Assembly: GCF_009914755.1 (NCBI RefSeq)
Contig: NC_060925.1
Source of the DNA: the human T2T-CHM13v2.0 reference genome, Homo sapiens
Strand: one strand, 5' to 3'
DNA length: 64,000 bases
The notes under the pieces were generated by a model that saw only the letters and a list, made by a program, of their open reading frames with translations, searched no databases and was not told where the DNA came from. Shown here in pieces: positions 1 to 13,838 of this stretch. The position numbers were made by a program, and so were the translations under genes. Each line of letters starts with the position of its first letter. Position 1 is the stretch's first letter.

Positions 1-542
1 TCTCATCTTCAGAATTGTTATCCGTAATGACACTTCTAGCTTCTGCTCCAGTCTCTCTGGAATACTTGGGAAAACTCAGAAGATGTCTCATATAGTGGCC
101 TTCGAAGACATTATCAGGGTACTTACCATTCAGTATGCACCTATCTGACTCTGAGGATGGCTACAAGGATCTCAGGTCACTTTTTGCAGAGGCTCCAGGC
201 CTGTACCCAGGGGAAATGACCCTCCAAAAGTGGTAGTTCTTGCTCCTTGCTTGAATTGCAGGGGATGAATAGAAGAAAATGGTCTAGATATTCTGAGTAA
301 TTTACATTATGATCACCTCAAGATTATCTTTCCATCTGTCCTTGGGTCAGGCTGCATTATTCTCTCTTAAAATAAAATTTTTCCCATGAAAAGATTAGTC
401 CATCCTATAATAGAGCTAAAGAAACCTTCTAGATGTGACAAATTATAGCTATTCTTTCAGCTTTAGTTACATATTTGATCAGAAACCTCTTAATATACTA
501 ATACAGGTAAAACAGTAAAATTCAAGGTATTGGAATTTTTCT

Positions 543-990
543 TTTTTTTAGAACACATGTACTTTTTTGATTTAACTTTTATTTTAAGTTCAGGGGTACA
601 TATGTAGGTTTGTTACGTAAGTAAACGTGCGTCATGGGGGTTTGTTTTACAGATTATTGTATCATCCAGCTATTAAGCCTAGTACTCATTAGTTAGTTTT
701 CCTGATCCTCTCCCACCTCTCCACCTCCACCTTCCAATAGGCCCCAGTGTGTGTTGCTCCCCTCTGTGTGTCCATGTGTTACCCTTTAAGTCCCACTTGT
801 AAATGAGAACATGTGGTATTTGGTTTTCTGTTCCTGTGTTAGTTTGCTAAGGATAATGGCCTCCAGATTCATCCATGTTCCTGCAAAGAACATAATCTTG
901 TTCTTTTTTATGGCTGCATAGTATTCCACAGTGTATACATACCACATTTTCTTTATCCAGTCTACCATTGACGGGCATTTAGGTTGATTG
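543..990 (-). mobile_element. 5'-truncated L1PA (L1PA11-15-like) 3' end
   Basis: Poly-T, then reverse-complement L1 3'UTR. ORF 786..968 (-) is the L1 ORF2 C-terminus (DWIKKMWYVYTVEYYAAIKKN). TSD TATT(G/A)GAATTTTTCT at 528-542 and 993-1007. Confidence 0.9.
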
Positions 991-2788
991 GCTATTAGAA
1001 TTTTTCTATAGGTGCTATTATTTTCCTAATAGAAATATTTATATTTAACATGTACAAAAAAACCATATAAACAGAAAGTAAATAGGAAAGTCTGTTTTAC
1101 TCTAGAAGTTTCTGACTTTCCAGCACATACTACCAAAATATATACCATTTTTTTTCCAGAGCAGTATAGCAACAACTCATTCAAGATTTTGAATATTGTC
1201 TTTACAAACCTTATTATACATCATAAATTAATCTCCTAAATAAAAAATTTCTCCATTACTATTTCATCCATTATCAACTGCTAAGCTCTCATCTCTTCAA
1301 GAACGACACATTCCTTCAGTCCTAGATCTACCTGTATCACTTACACTTCTTAAGGTATATTTATACTGTGACCTCAACCTCACTCTGCTTCCAGCTGCAC
1401 AATGTTTTAATTTTTATTTCATGTCATCTCTGTTGGACATACATTTAAGACATCTAGTGGTATGAAAAAGCACTCAGGTTCTTCCTATCTGTGAAATTCT
1501 GTGTTCTAGGACCAAAGATAAATCACCTATGGGCAAGGAAAGCTTTTTATGTTGTTCTTCTTGGGCCTATTTAGCTTAAAGCATTTACTGAATCATATGC
1601 TACAGGGTTCAACTGTTTTCCAGAAGATCCAATAACTTGGAGATATAAAATAATAAAAATTAAAAAAAATAAGTAAAACAATTTGAAGCACTGTCTCAAA
1701 GTAAGGAAAAAAAGAACATAACTCACTGAGAATAATGGGCAGAGTAAGTTATATTAAACTTTCCTAAACAATTATGATGGTAGAATAGAGCATATTTTCA
1801 TTTCAAAGCACTAATGTCTCAAACACATGTTTTATAAATAAACTTTTTAAAAATGTTTTATTTTGAAATATTATGGGAAATGAGTATTATTTTTGTCTCC
1901 TTTTCATTTTTGTCAGTAATTATTTGCTTCAGAATAGTTTCTTATTATTAAATGTTAAGGTTAGGCTAACTCCCTTTGTGCATGTGGAAATGTAGAGGCT
2001 TAACAGTATCTTATTTTCCAAAATTGTAAGTAATGAGACTTTCTTTCCCCTTGTTGTTATTAAAATTTCAGCTGTCACTTTAGCAGTACTACTCTTCGGA
2101 TATGCAATCAACTGTTTGGAAAGAAGAGATAAAAGTCAAATTTTTACTATACTAAAACATAAGTCTCAAAAGATGGAGTGGACATACTTTACCCTATTCC
2201 TCTCATTAAGTACAGATCAAAACCTCAGACATTATATGTAAAAGAAACATAAGAAGACTCTGAAAGTGGAGACAAGACTGGCTAGGGACCGTGGGACCAA
2301 AGAATGACAGCAGTGTGTTTCCTGAGTTTCCCTTTTATCTCATATATCCTGGATTGGGTGCTAAAGAATCCAGCAACCCAGAAATATCATCGGCTGCAGC
2401 TAAGAGATTTTTCTCATGAAAAGCCTGCTCTCTCTAACCAAAAGAGGACGAAAAGGGCGCCTAGCAAGACAGAAAACTTTTAGATAATAACAGCACAACT
2501 CCAGTCAAACATTAATGGAAATGCATAACGCAGTCTCCCTCCCAACCCCATCAGCAAAGGCTAGACGGGAGCTTGGACTCCACCCTCATTAGATGGAAAC
2601 ATGGTACCCAAATTCCCCCACATGATAATATCAGAGAAGGTGGAGTAAGAAACCAAGACCTTCATTCCTGTCCCAAGGTAACTCCTGTCACACCTTCGTA
2701 GTGTCAGTGGAGACCATGCAGGCAATCAATCTACATGCTGACCTGGCTGTTACAAGACACCCAGTTCCCTCCTTGCCATGTTAGTGTC

Positions 2789-3220
2789 TGTATTAGTCAG
2801 GGTTCTCTAGAGGCACAGAACGAATAGGATGAATATATAAAAGAGAGTTTATTAAGGAGTATTAACTCACATGATCACAAGGTTCCACAATAGGCCATCT
2901 GCAAGCAAAGAGGCCAGTCTGAGTCCCAAAGCTGAAGAACTTGGATTCTGATGTTTGAGGACAGGAAGCATTCAACACAGGAGAAAGATGTAGGCTGGGA
3001 GGCTAAGCCAGTCTAGTCTCTCCACGTTCTTCTGCCCACTTTCTATTCTGGCCGCACTGGCAGCTGATTAGATGGCACCCACCCAGATTGACGGTGGGTC
3101 TGCCTCTCCCAGTACACTGCATCAAATACTAATCTCCTTTGGCAGCACCCTCACAGACACACCCAGGAACAATACTCTGCATCCTTCAATCCAATCAAGT
3201 TGACAGTATTAACCATCACA
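2789..3220 (-). mobile_element. MLT2A-type (ERVL) solo LTR
   Basis: Termini tgtattagtcagggttctctagagg ... ttaaccatcaca. Perfect 5-bp TSD GTGTC at 2784-2788 and 3221-3225. Confidence 0.92.
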
Positions 3221-4480
3221 GTGTCCAAAGAGAATGAATAGGAAAAATAAAGGACATTTATGACCTCAAGCAATAATGAAGACTGCCTTGTCCTTCTGCC
3301 TAGTATCAGTAGAGGTCATGTGGTACAAAGTAACAAGGTACTTCTCCTCCTCCCAGATAGGATGATGCCATCATAGACCTAGTGAGAGCCTAAACTCCCA
3401 TCCCTGCCGATCAGTAACAAAGTACAACTTCCCCTTTGTGTATCAGTGAAGGCCACACTTACCTGGCAGTAATGAGGTAGCACTTCTGCCAGTGTGGTAT
3501 TAGAGGAGGCCTGCTGAAACAGAAGATTTAAATAAGATCTGGATTCTCATAGCCTAATACGCAATATGTCCAGAATACAGTAGAAATTTACTTATCATAC
3601 CAAGAACCAGGACAATCAAGTTGAATGAGAAAAGACAATCACTGCTCAACTGAAACGAATCTCAGGGATATGCGAACCTGTAGCAAAGAATCAAACACCT
3701 GTGTCATTGGAGTCCCATGAGAAGATAAATAAGGTGAGACTAAAACAGTACTTAAAACAATGTCTGCAAATTTACCAATTTTGGCAAAAGGTACAAATTA
3801 CAGATATAAGAAGCTTAGTGTAAGCATAATAGAACTTGCGGCCCATTTCTTTGCTGTCAAACTTTTCATTATCTCCTCATTCATGCAAAGAAGGAGGAGG
3901 TGAAGAAGAAAAAGAAAAAGAAGGAGAGCACAGAAGTAGGAGGAGGAAAAGGAGATGAAGAATAAGAAGCAGCAACAGTTTAGTGTACCTTAAACAGGAT
4001 GAACCCAACAAATTCCATGCCAAGACACATCATATCATACCTATGAAAACTAAAGCATAAAAAAATTGAAAGCAGCAAGAAGAACTACATCCTACCTGTA
4101 GTTTGGATAATAGCAGATTTATCATAAAAATTATGGAGGCTGGAAGAAAGTGGTAAAGAAAAAAACAATCAACCTAGAATCCAATATTCAGTGAAAATAT
4201 CCTTCAGAAATTAAGAAGAAAGCAAGGTAGTATTAGATAAAGAAAAACTAAGGGAATTTCTAGCCAGCAGTGCTATCCTTAAGGGAAAGGAAAGACTGAA
4301 GAAAGTTCTTAGAACAGAAAGAAAATGATTTAATAAAAAGGATCTTGAAATATCAGGGAGGAAAAACAGAGTAACATAAAGAGTAAAAATATATATGGCA
4401 ATATAATAGGTTTTTTCTTATCTTCTTTAGCGTTCTCAATTATGTTTGAAGAAAAACTTTTAACACTATGTGAATTGGTT

Positions 4481-5173
4481 CTTTTTAAATTTTTAACCTT
4501 TCTAGGTACATAGTAGCTGTATATATTAATGGGGCACATGAGATATTTTGATACAGGCATGCAATGCAAAATAATCACATCAGAGTAAATGGAGTATCTA
4601 TCATTTAAAGCATTTGTCATCTCCTTCTGTTACAAACAATCTAATTACACTCTTTTAATTATTGTAAAATTTACAATAAATTATTGTTGACTGTAACCAC
4701 CCTGTTGTGCTATCAAATACTAGATCTTATTCATTCTAACTACATTTTTGTACCCATTAACCATCCCCATTTTCCCTCCTCCCCGCTACCCTTCCCAGCC
4801 TTTGGTAACCATTATTCTGCTCTCTATCTCCAGGAGTTCATTTTTTTTTTTTAATTTTTAGCTTCCATAAATGAGTGCAAAACGTTAAGTTTGTCTTTCC
4901 ATGCCTGACTTGTTTCACTTAACATAATATCTTCCAGTTCCATCATTGTTGCTGCAAATGACAGGGTCTCATTAATTTTACAGCTGAATAATACGCCATT
5001 GTGTATATCTACCACATTTTCTTTATCCATCCATCTTTTATGGACACTTAGGTTGCTCCCATATCTTTACTATTGTGAATAGCGCTACAATAAACACGAC
5101 AGTGCAGATATCTCTTCAATATGCTGAGTTCCTTTCTTTGGGATATATACCTAGCAGTGAGATTGCAGGATCA
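4481..5173 (-). mobile_element. 5'-truncated L1MA (L1MA2/3-like) 3' end
   Basis: Reverse-complement L1MA 3'UTR (ggtacatagtag...tattttgatacaggcatgcaatg...ccctgttgtgctatcaaatactagatc). Degenerate TSD TGAA(T/G)TGGTT at 4471-4480 and 5174-5183. Confidence 0.85.
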
Positions 5174-5370
5174 TGAAGTGGTTTGTAATGTATGTAGAAG
5201 AAAAATTTAAGACAGTTTTACTACAATCAGGGGAAATGAAAAGGACTTAAAGAAATTTAAGATGACTATATTTGACTCAAACTGATAAAATGTCACACTA
5301 GATGGGAAAATTATATATATATAATATTTCTATTTTCATTTTATATATAATATTTCCATGTTCATTCAGA

Positions 5371-5505
5371 TAATGTGTTTTTGAGTGTATCTCTTTTTTG
5401 TGTGTATCTATTTTTAGTGACTATTCTGGGTATGTAATGTAATATACCCAGAATAGTCACTAAAAATAGATACACACAAAAAGAGATACACTCAAAAACA
5501 TATTA
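5371..5505. repeat. Near-perfect inverted repeat, ~62-bp arms, 10-bp spacer
   Basis: 5371-5433 is the reverse complement of 5444-5505 apart from one substitution and one T-run indel. Confidence 0.95.
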
Positions 5506-8500
5506 GATAAATCAACATAGAAGCCTAAAAATACTGTCCAAGTAGCCCACGGAAAGGTAGAAAAAGGAAATAGAGAAGTAAAAAGTAGAACAATTAGAAA
5601 ACAAGAAAATAAAATGTCAGGACATAAGCCCTAACATATCAATAATTATATCAAATGTAAACCGCCTAAATACACTAATTAAAAGACAGAGGTTGGCAAG
5701 ATGATTACTATTGGAACAAAACAATAACTTGAATGGATTTCAAGGGCATTGTGCACCTCAACAGAATTCCAGGGAGCGCAGCTGTCATAGTGACTCAATC
5801 ACTTGTTTCAGGAAAGAACAGCCTCAGCAGCGTCATCATGAGTCTCATAAAAGCCATCAACAGCAATAGCACCAGCAAAATACAGAACTCAAGTGGCCTA
5901 AGTGATAGACACCATCAAAGGAGCAGAAAAAAAATGACAAAAATGAGTGAACATACCTGAGACCTTCTTGGCTTTTTATATAGAGACCATATGAAGTCAA
6001 CATTTATTAAGTTAATGGGGTAGAGAGAACACTATAATAGCTAGTATTTTACATTTTATCAGTATTATTGTTTTACTTTCCTTCATCAAAGTTGTTACCA
6101 AAAGGAAAGAGGGAAAAAGAAAAATGTCCATGTAAATATACCCACAATAGAATTCACACTAAATTTTTTCCAAAAAATGCAAAAAAAAAATAATAATAAT
6201 AAGGCACAATTTCAGGAGATGCTAAGTTATAGACAAATACAGTCCATAGACCAACATACATATTGTGACCAATAAATTATTAATATTAATGAGCAAGTAA
6301 ACTAAAATAAATTGAGCCTCAGTTCAGCACAATAATAAACCAGGAGATTCCCTATAACTAGATGTGATTACACTTCTGATTGACATGAAATGGTAGACGT
6401 ATAACCAAACTCAAACAGCACTAATTTATGTAAGTGAGGCATCATAGTAGTCCAGTTAATGAAGTTATAAACCTACAGTCAAAACCCATGAACCTAAGGG
6501 TAGATGTATTTTAATGGCATTTATGAGAAAAGAAAAAGGAGATATGAATACAAATAATACATCTCAGACCTATATTACAAACTGCAAAGTCAGATGCAGT
6601 AAATGAATGATATTTTCCCAATTCAATGCACAAATCTGACAAACAAGCATAATGTGGGGATTGAAAAACAGCTGGATGACTGGATGACTCTGTTCACACA
6701 CACAAAATGAGAACATTTAAAAAATCATTTCCTTGTCTTGGTGAAAATTTTAACTTCCATGAATTTTATTTTACTTTGGAATAAAAGCAATACACAAGTA
6801 AACAAATAAGGGAAAAAATAGTTAGTGAAGTATTTCTCTGAAGAAAATAAAGGTTTGCTGAGAAAACCAACAACAACAAAAAAAGATATTTGCATAAAAC
6901 AGAGCTTGCTGTTTGTCACTGATAAAAGGTGGTATCAAAAAAAAAAAAACTGGGCTTCTTAATCTTTTGCTTCTAACTTGTCTGTCAGCTACAATAATTT
7001 TCATACCAAAAAGAATGAACAAACTTTGATAGAATAAATGTTTAAGTCCGTTTTTGTAAGATAATAACAAAACTACACTTTCTCATTTAAATCTCCAAAA
7101 TATGTTATATATGAAATGGAATACATTATATACCAGATAAAAATGCTGTCATCAGAGTAGACTGGTGATGGATCAAACCTAGTATGAAGTAATCTGATAG
7201 CAATAAATACAAAACCTCTCTTTTGTGGCCAAAAAAGCCATAACTGTGTAAGTAACAGGATAGGGAAAACATGCTATTTTTTATATCCTATCTTATCACC
7301 AGACAATGTCATTATAAAATTTGAGTGATGAAAGACTGAGAGCAAAGATGAAAATAGCAACTGCTATGTTAGATGATGGGGATGGGGTGATGTGGACTTG
7401 GTAAGAAGCCAAAACCTTGTCTGTGATGAAGTAGAGATTGGTTTGGTCAGATACTGTGTTTATTTTTAAATATCTATCAAATCTAAGCATGGAGACAAAG
7501 CAGAATCACTAGAAAAGCCAATAATCAAATTACAAAAAGACAAAACACGGGTCCCTCATCAGGCATGTCAACAGTCTGGAAAAATGCTTATGGATAGCAT
7601 TTCTGTTGTACAAGTATCTTTTTAAAAGACTGATAGCTTTACTTCTGTACTTAAAATATAATATGACATCACGTAGCTTAGCATCACTGTATAAAAACTT
7701 AGAGTATTTAATTTATAGAAAGCCCAGTTTGAGTTAATAGTGGCATACAAAATAATAATGATAATAATAATATAATTTGTTAGCATGTATTAAGAGAAAT
7801 AGTGTGTGAAGAATTAGATTGTGCTATTGGTATTTTACTACTGTGCTCTAGCTCAAATATCCATGAAGTTTACTACTGGGAACCATAACTTAAAGCAGGA
7901 AAGTCCTCCTAGGACAGTACACCTAAAGAAGAAAGAAATTAAACATTTATTCAGGTGCAGTAGAAAAGCCTAAGTGAAAACAAGGTAGTTGGGTTCAAAT
8001 ATTTGAAAAATTATCATAGGAGAGTGTTGACTTGTTCTATGCAGTCTCAAGGAGTGGATCTATGACTCGTAGTTGATCTAAAAGAAATATATATTTTAAT
8101 TAAATAAATAAACTCTTTGAAAATTGTTTTCAAAATTAAATGGGCTAGATCAGGATATAGTGAATTAAAAGCATAGACTGTAATAAAAGCCTTATAGGGA
8201 GAAAACTCAAATACTGAATAAGGTGAAAAATATTAAATTAGATATTGAATAATGGACTGTGACTGTTTTTACCTGAAGATTCTATAATTTTAGTTATTAA
8301 GTGTCAAAGTGCCCAAGTTGGACTTTTCACTTTATGTCCTTGACTCAGCATTTGAAGAAGTATAAAATGGAATACCATAGAGAAAAGGAAGTACATAAAG
8401 GGCAAAGGTAATTCCAAGGAAAATTAATTCTGTTCCAGTTGTGTCTTTTTTCATCTTGCTCGTCATTATCACTACTATAGCCATATAATTCTCCTTAAAA

Positions 8501-8899
8501 TTCTTCATTGGTTCTAGACATTCCATTTAGTCTAACTTCTCAGCCTATCATTCAAATGTTTCAAATAATGAATTAATCTATAACAACTCTCCAACCCTAG
8601 CTTTTAAGTCAAGTCAAATTTATTTTTATCTTTCAAATCATTCTTCCCCACCAGAGTGTTCTCTGTTCTTATATTGTTGTCTCCCACTAAGATATGTAAC
8701 AGAATACTGGAAGAGAGGAGCAAATTCTTAGCAAATAATTGCTGAGTTAATCAACACTTGACTATGCTCTAAGGCCTATAGCTGCATTTTAGAATTGAAC
8801 TCCCATAAAGTGCAGTCTTTTTCCTCCTAATTTAAAAACATCTATTTAGTTTTGGGATCACTAACGAAGTTATAATGTACTTTTCTATCAGTTTGTACC

Positions 8900-9390
8900 T
8901 AGACATAACCAGTTTTAATCACAGAAACAAATACCTAAATACCAGAGGTACAAGAGCACTTTCCCTAAAGAAATGCACAATCAAAGACAGAAAAAGAAAA
9001 CAGAGTGTGAAATGCTACAACATGGTAAGTTCCATGTGTACCAGGGGAACCCTTAAGAGTACCCTAAGAGTGGTACTTATCATCTTCTTGTGAAAATCAG
9101 TTAACAATCTATAAAAGGAAGTAAATCTAAGTTGCCCTGAAGGAGAAAACTTAGCCCAGCAAGGAAGTATGGTAAAGGAGCTGTGAAACAAGGGAAACTG
9201 TGTGTACAAAGGGCCAGAAACAAGAGGGAGAGGCATATTCAGTGACCTGAAAATGTTTCATTATAAAGAAGATATGCATGAAAAAGCTGTAGAAATAACA
9301 AAGAGATAATGAAAGATCTTTGATGCCATGCTAAAAAGTTGGCATTTTTTTTTTGGTAAGTGATAACCCAAAGACAGTTTCTAAGACCGT
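8900..9390 (-). mobile_element. L2 fragment
   Basis: Degenerate L2 antisense phrases (tgtgtacaaagggccaga; ctttgatgccatgctaaaaagttggcattt). Confidence 0.5.
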
Positions 9391-9903
9391 GTTCTAAGAC
9401 AGATTCTAACATTCATTTCTAAGAAATGTTTGACTCAATGAAGGAGGATGTCTGGTGTTTCAAAGTTAGAGAATTTTATCTTTAGGACTTCAAACTTAAA
9501 TTTAACCACATTTAATTCACTGGTATTGCTAGTACTAAGCTATTACTGATAACATTTCAGTCGGTATACAATGAAGAACCTAGATGCAAATAAGTCACAC
9601 GGGACACAACTCAGAACATGTCCCTACGAGTAAGAGGTAGTCCTTCCAGAGAGAAAGAGAAAATTGATAAAAGGGAAGTGCTTAGATTCATCCCAGATAA
9701 AAAGGCATCAATATACATCCAGCCACCAAAACAGAAATAGTTTTGTTCTTAAGTTATTTGTAGGTGATTAGTTGGAACCCATGAAGCACTTGCCCTTAGA
9801 ATCATTGTGGCGAATAGTAGTTAGACCCTCTACTTCTTCCTCCCTTCCAACCAATAGGAGCCAGGAACTCTGTCTTCCCTGGTCTAGGGAAATACTTTAT
9901 CAA

Positions 9904-10791
<888 letters not shown>

Positions 10792-11022
10792 TCAATAAAG
10801 ATAGGAAGTAAGATAGATAAAGGGTATGAAGGAAACGAAAGTTGATGACAGAACAAGCCCTCAAGGCAGAGTTGTCTGTGAGTGCCCAGAATATGTTTCC
10901 TGTGTAATTCTCAGGATGTTCCTCTTTCTCCGATTCTCTACCTTTTGCTTCTGACTATCTATGTTTACCCACCCAGGCCTGCTCTAATAACCAAAGTAGT
11001 CAGCCAGCCTTGTGTGCCTCTG

Positions 11023-11023
<1 letters not shown>

Positions 11024-11067
<44 letters not shown>
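11024..11067. repeat. (TG)n microsatellite
   Basis: About 22 uninterrupted TG units. Confidence 0.97.
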
Positions 11068-11068
<1 letters not shown>

Positions 11069-11395
11069 TTTTCTCAGGGTTTTATTATTGTTGTGTTGTC
11101 TATCTACCTTCAGAGAATGAGTTAGGGCCAATTCAATAGACTAAGCTATAAAACATCCACTGTTTCGTTCCAGGGGATTTTAAACTAAGGAGGAAAAGAC
11201 TTGAGTTTTAAGGATGTAAGCAGAGGAAGAGTGAGTGTGAGAAACATAAAGCACTTCTTTTGTTTTCCTTCCTCTTTTTCTTTGTCATAACTAGTTTTTC
11301 TACCCAATTCCCTTTCATGAACCCTCACCTTGTGGTGAAATTAGAAAGTGGAACTATATATCCTGTGAAGGACAAAATAAGAAATTGTGATTACA

Positions 11396-11759
<364 letters not shown>

Positions 11760-13620
11760 TTAGGACTACATTTTCATGGAGAGCAGAATTAGAGAACTGT
11801 GCAATTAAACACAGAAAGCCAAATAATTAAAAACAGCCTTAAATATTGAATAGTTTGCTTTAAATAATTATTTTAAACATATTTAATTTCAAAATCACTG
11901 TTTTTAAGACTATACACAATATAAAGATAAAAATCAAGATAAAAAAGTAATTAATGATTTATAATTATATTTGTTATATTCCTTGTAGAATTACACTTTG
12001 TACTTTTATAGCTTTGGTCAACTTTTACTAACTGAAATATAAGCTGTTATTTTGGGCTACAATTTCCTCAATAGAAATGTCTTTTTAATGGGGAAAAGTA
12101 TCTTCTTGTCTGACAAATGCACAATGCATAAAATATTAAAGATCTTAAAATCGCAAAGTGGTATGATCCCAGAGAGAGAACGTCTTTTTACACATGGTAC
12201 CTCCCTGATCAAAACAGATATGTTCTGTTATCTCTGAAATCCAGGATAGGATTTAGTCTCCTTGACCTTAACCAACCTGTGCAATAAACCAACAATTATT
12301 TAAGTAATGTTTCCAATAGCAACAACATTTAACAATGAAGAAATAAAATTCCAGCTCTAATTAATAAAATGCAACTTCAATCTTGAACTATTAAATATTT
12401 TTTCTAAAAATCTCATGAATTCAGTAAAAAAGAAATTCTCTTAACCAAAATATTATTAGTATTAGTGAATCATAGCCAAAGGAGCATAAAGCTCTTTAAA
12501 AATAATTTTAATATTAAACATATTAATAATATGAAACATTTTAAAGATAAAACATTGATTTAAAAGATATAAATTATTAATCACAAATATCAGACATTAA
12601 AGGTATTAAGGAAAACTAAATGTTTTAAACAATGCCCTCCATTTGGAATCTGGTACAGTAAAATTAAATGTTTAAGAAGCAAATTGATATCCCTGAAAAT
12701 TTGGAGTACAAATAAATAAAACATTAGTATTTTTATTTTTAACACCTTTCATACAATAATGAAGATTTGCTTTTCTTTTTTCTAAATTATGTATCTGTCT
12801 AATTTTTTTCTGAGAAAAAGTCATTAAGAACCAGAAGAACAAGAATAGATTCAACCATTCAATTCTTTGGTACTCTTCAAAGATGGGTAATAGTTGAAAA
12901 TCATTATCCCTGGTCTCTATTTTGTTGTACTCCATACTATGTCTTCTCTGTTGATAAGCTGTTACAGGTCTTCAAAATGTTTACCATTTGACTTTGATGT
13001 CCACACCACATTTGTTGATTTAGAGGCTTTATTTGAGATATCACGAGTCCAGTTGCCCATCCCACTGTCGTGGTTCAAGTTATTACTCAGCTGCCATCAT
13101 TGATAATTCCATTCCATCTCTGAACAGAGTATAGTATTCCTCTTAGGTTGGTGATGTTGAATAAGTATGTTTGTCACCACTTGTTTCAATCATTTTGCAT
13201 TCCTGGAACTTTGACTGCCATATTTTATATGATATGGGCACATCAATAGCTGAATTTCTCTGTTTAATTAAATTGATCACCTCTGGCAATAGGTTATCAG
13301 AGCTCTATTAAACAAAATGATACTTTAAATGTTCTGCCTAGAGGGTTTTCATAGGTGTTAGAGGAATAAAATTAGCTCCACTGGTTAGGATGCTGCCAAT
13401 AGTTACATTCACTTATTCTTTCTCAAAACCTGACACTTAAAAATGAAGAAGAAAGCCTGCTTCCTACCCATGAGGAGCTTGCAATCTGATTCTATACTAT
13501 TCATTAAACAGAATAATTTATGCGTGCTGTAAATTCAGCTGATAGAGGAGATTAGTTTGGGAAGACTGAATGCAATAGAGCTCTTCTATAATGCTTGAGG
13601 TAGGGAAGATACATTTGATT

Positions 13621-13838
13621 AACACTTATTTAATTCTAACTATGTGCCAACAACTTTCACATATTTCATTAAAACATCTCTTTTTCACTGGGATAATTGT
13701 ATTTAATCCCCTTTTGAGGAACTTAAAGCCCACAGAATGCAAATAATTTTCCCAAGATCGCACAGTTAATAAGTGGCAGAGCTAGGATATAAATAAACTG
13801 TATCTAAGCTCTAAATTCTATCATCTTTCTGCTGTACC
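13621..13838 (-). mobile_element. MIR
   Basis: Antisense MIR core (ttcccaagatcgcacagttaataagtggcagagctaggat). Confidence 0.75.

Larger units (their letters stand above)
2160..5705 (+). mobile_element. Old L1M 5' portion (5'UTR, degraded ORF1, inter-ORF, start of ORF2), interrupted by MLT2A, an orphan insert and an L1MA fragment
   Basis: ORF1-like stretches (ccaagacacatcata...aaagcagcaagaag; tatccttcagaaat). ORF2 start-like sequence at ~5610-5705 (ccctaacatatcaataattata...aattaaaagacagag). Confidence 0.75.

Noticed and set aside
5733-5960. 75-aa Ser-rich ORF in unique sequence
   Set aside because: Non-ATG start, no homology that I recognise and no convincing splice framing.
9378-9428. Four TTCTAA(G/C) units about 12-13 bp apart, as an array or STAT cluster
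   Set aside because: Too short and degenerate. Only one unit is a full TTCN3GAA site, and the DNA is eukaryotic, so not CRISPR.
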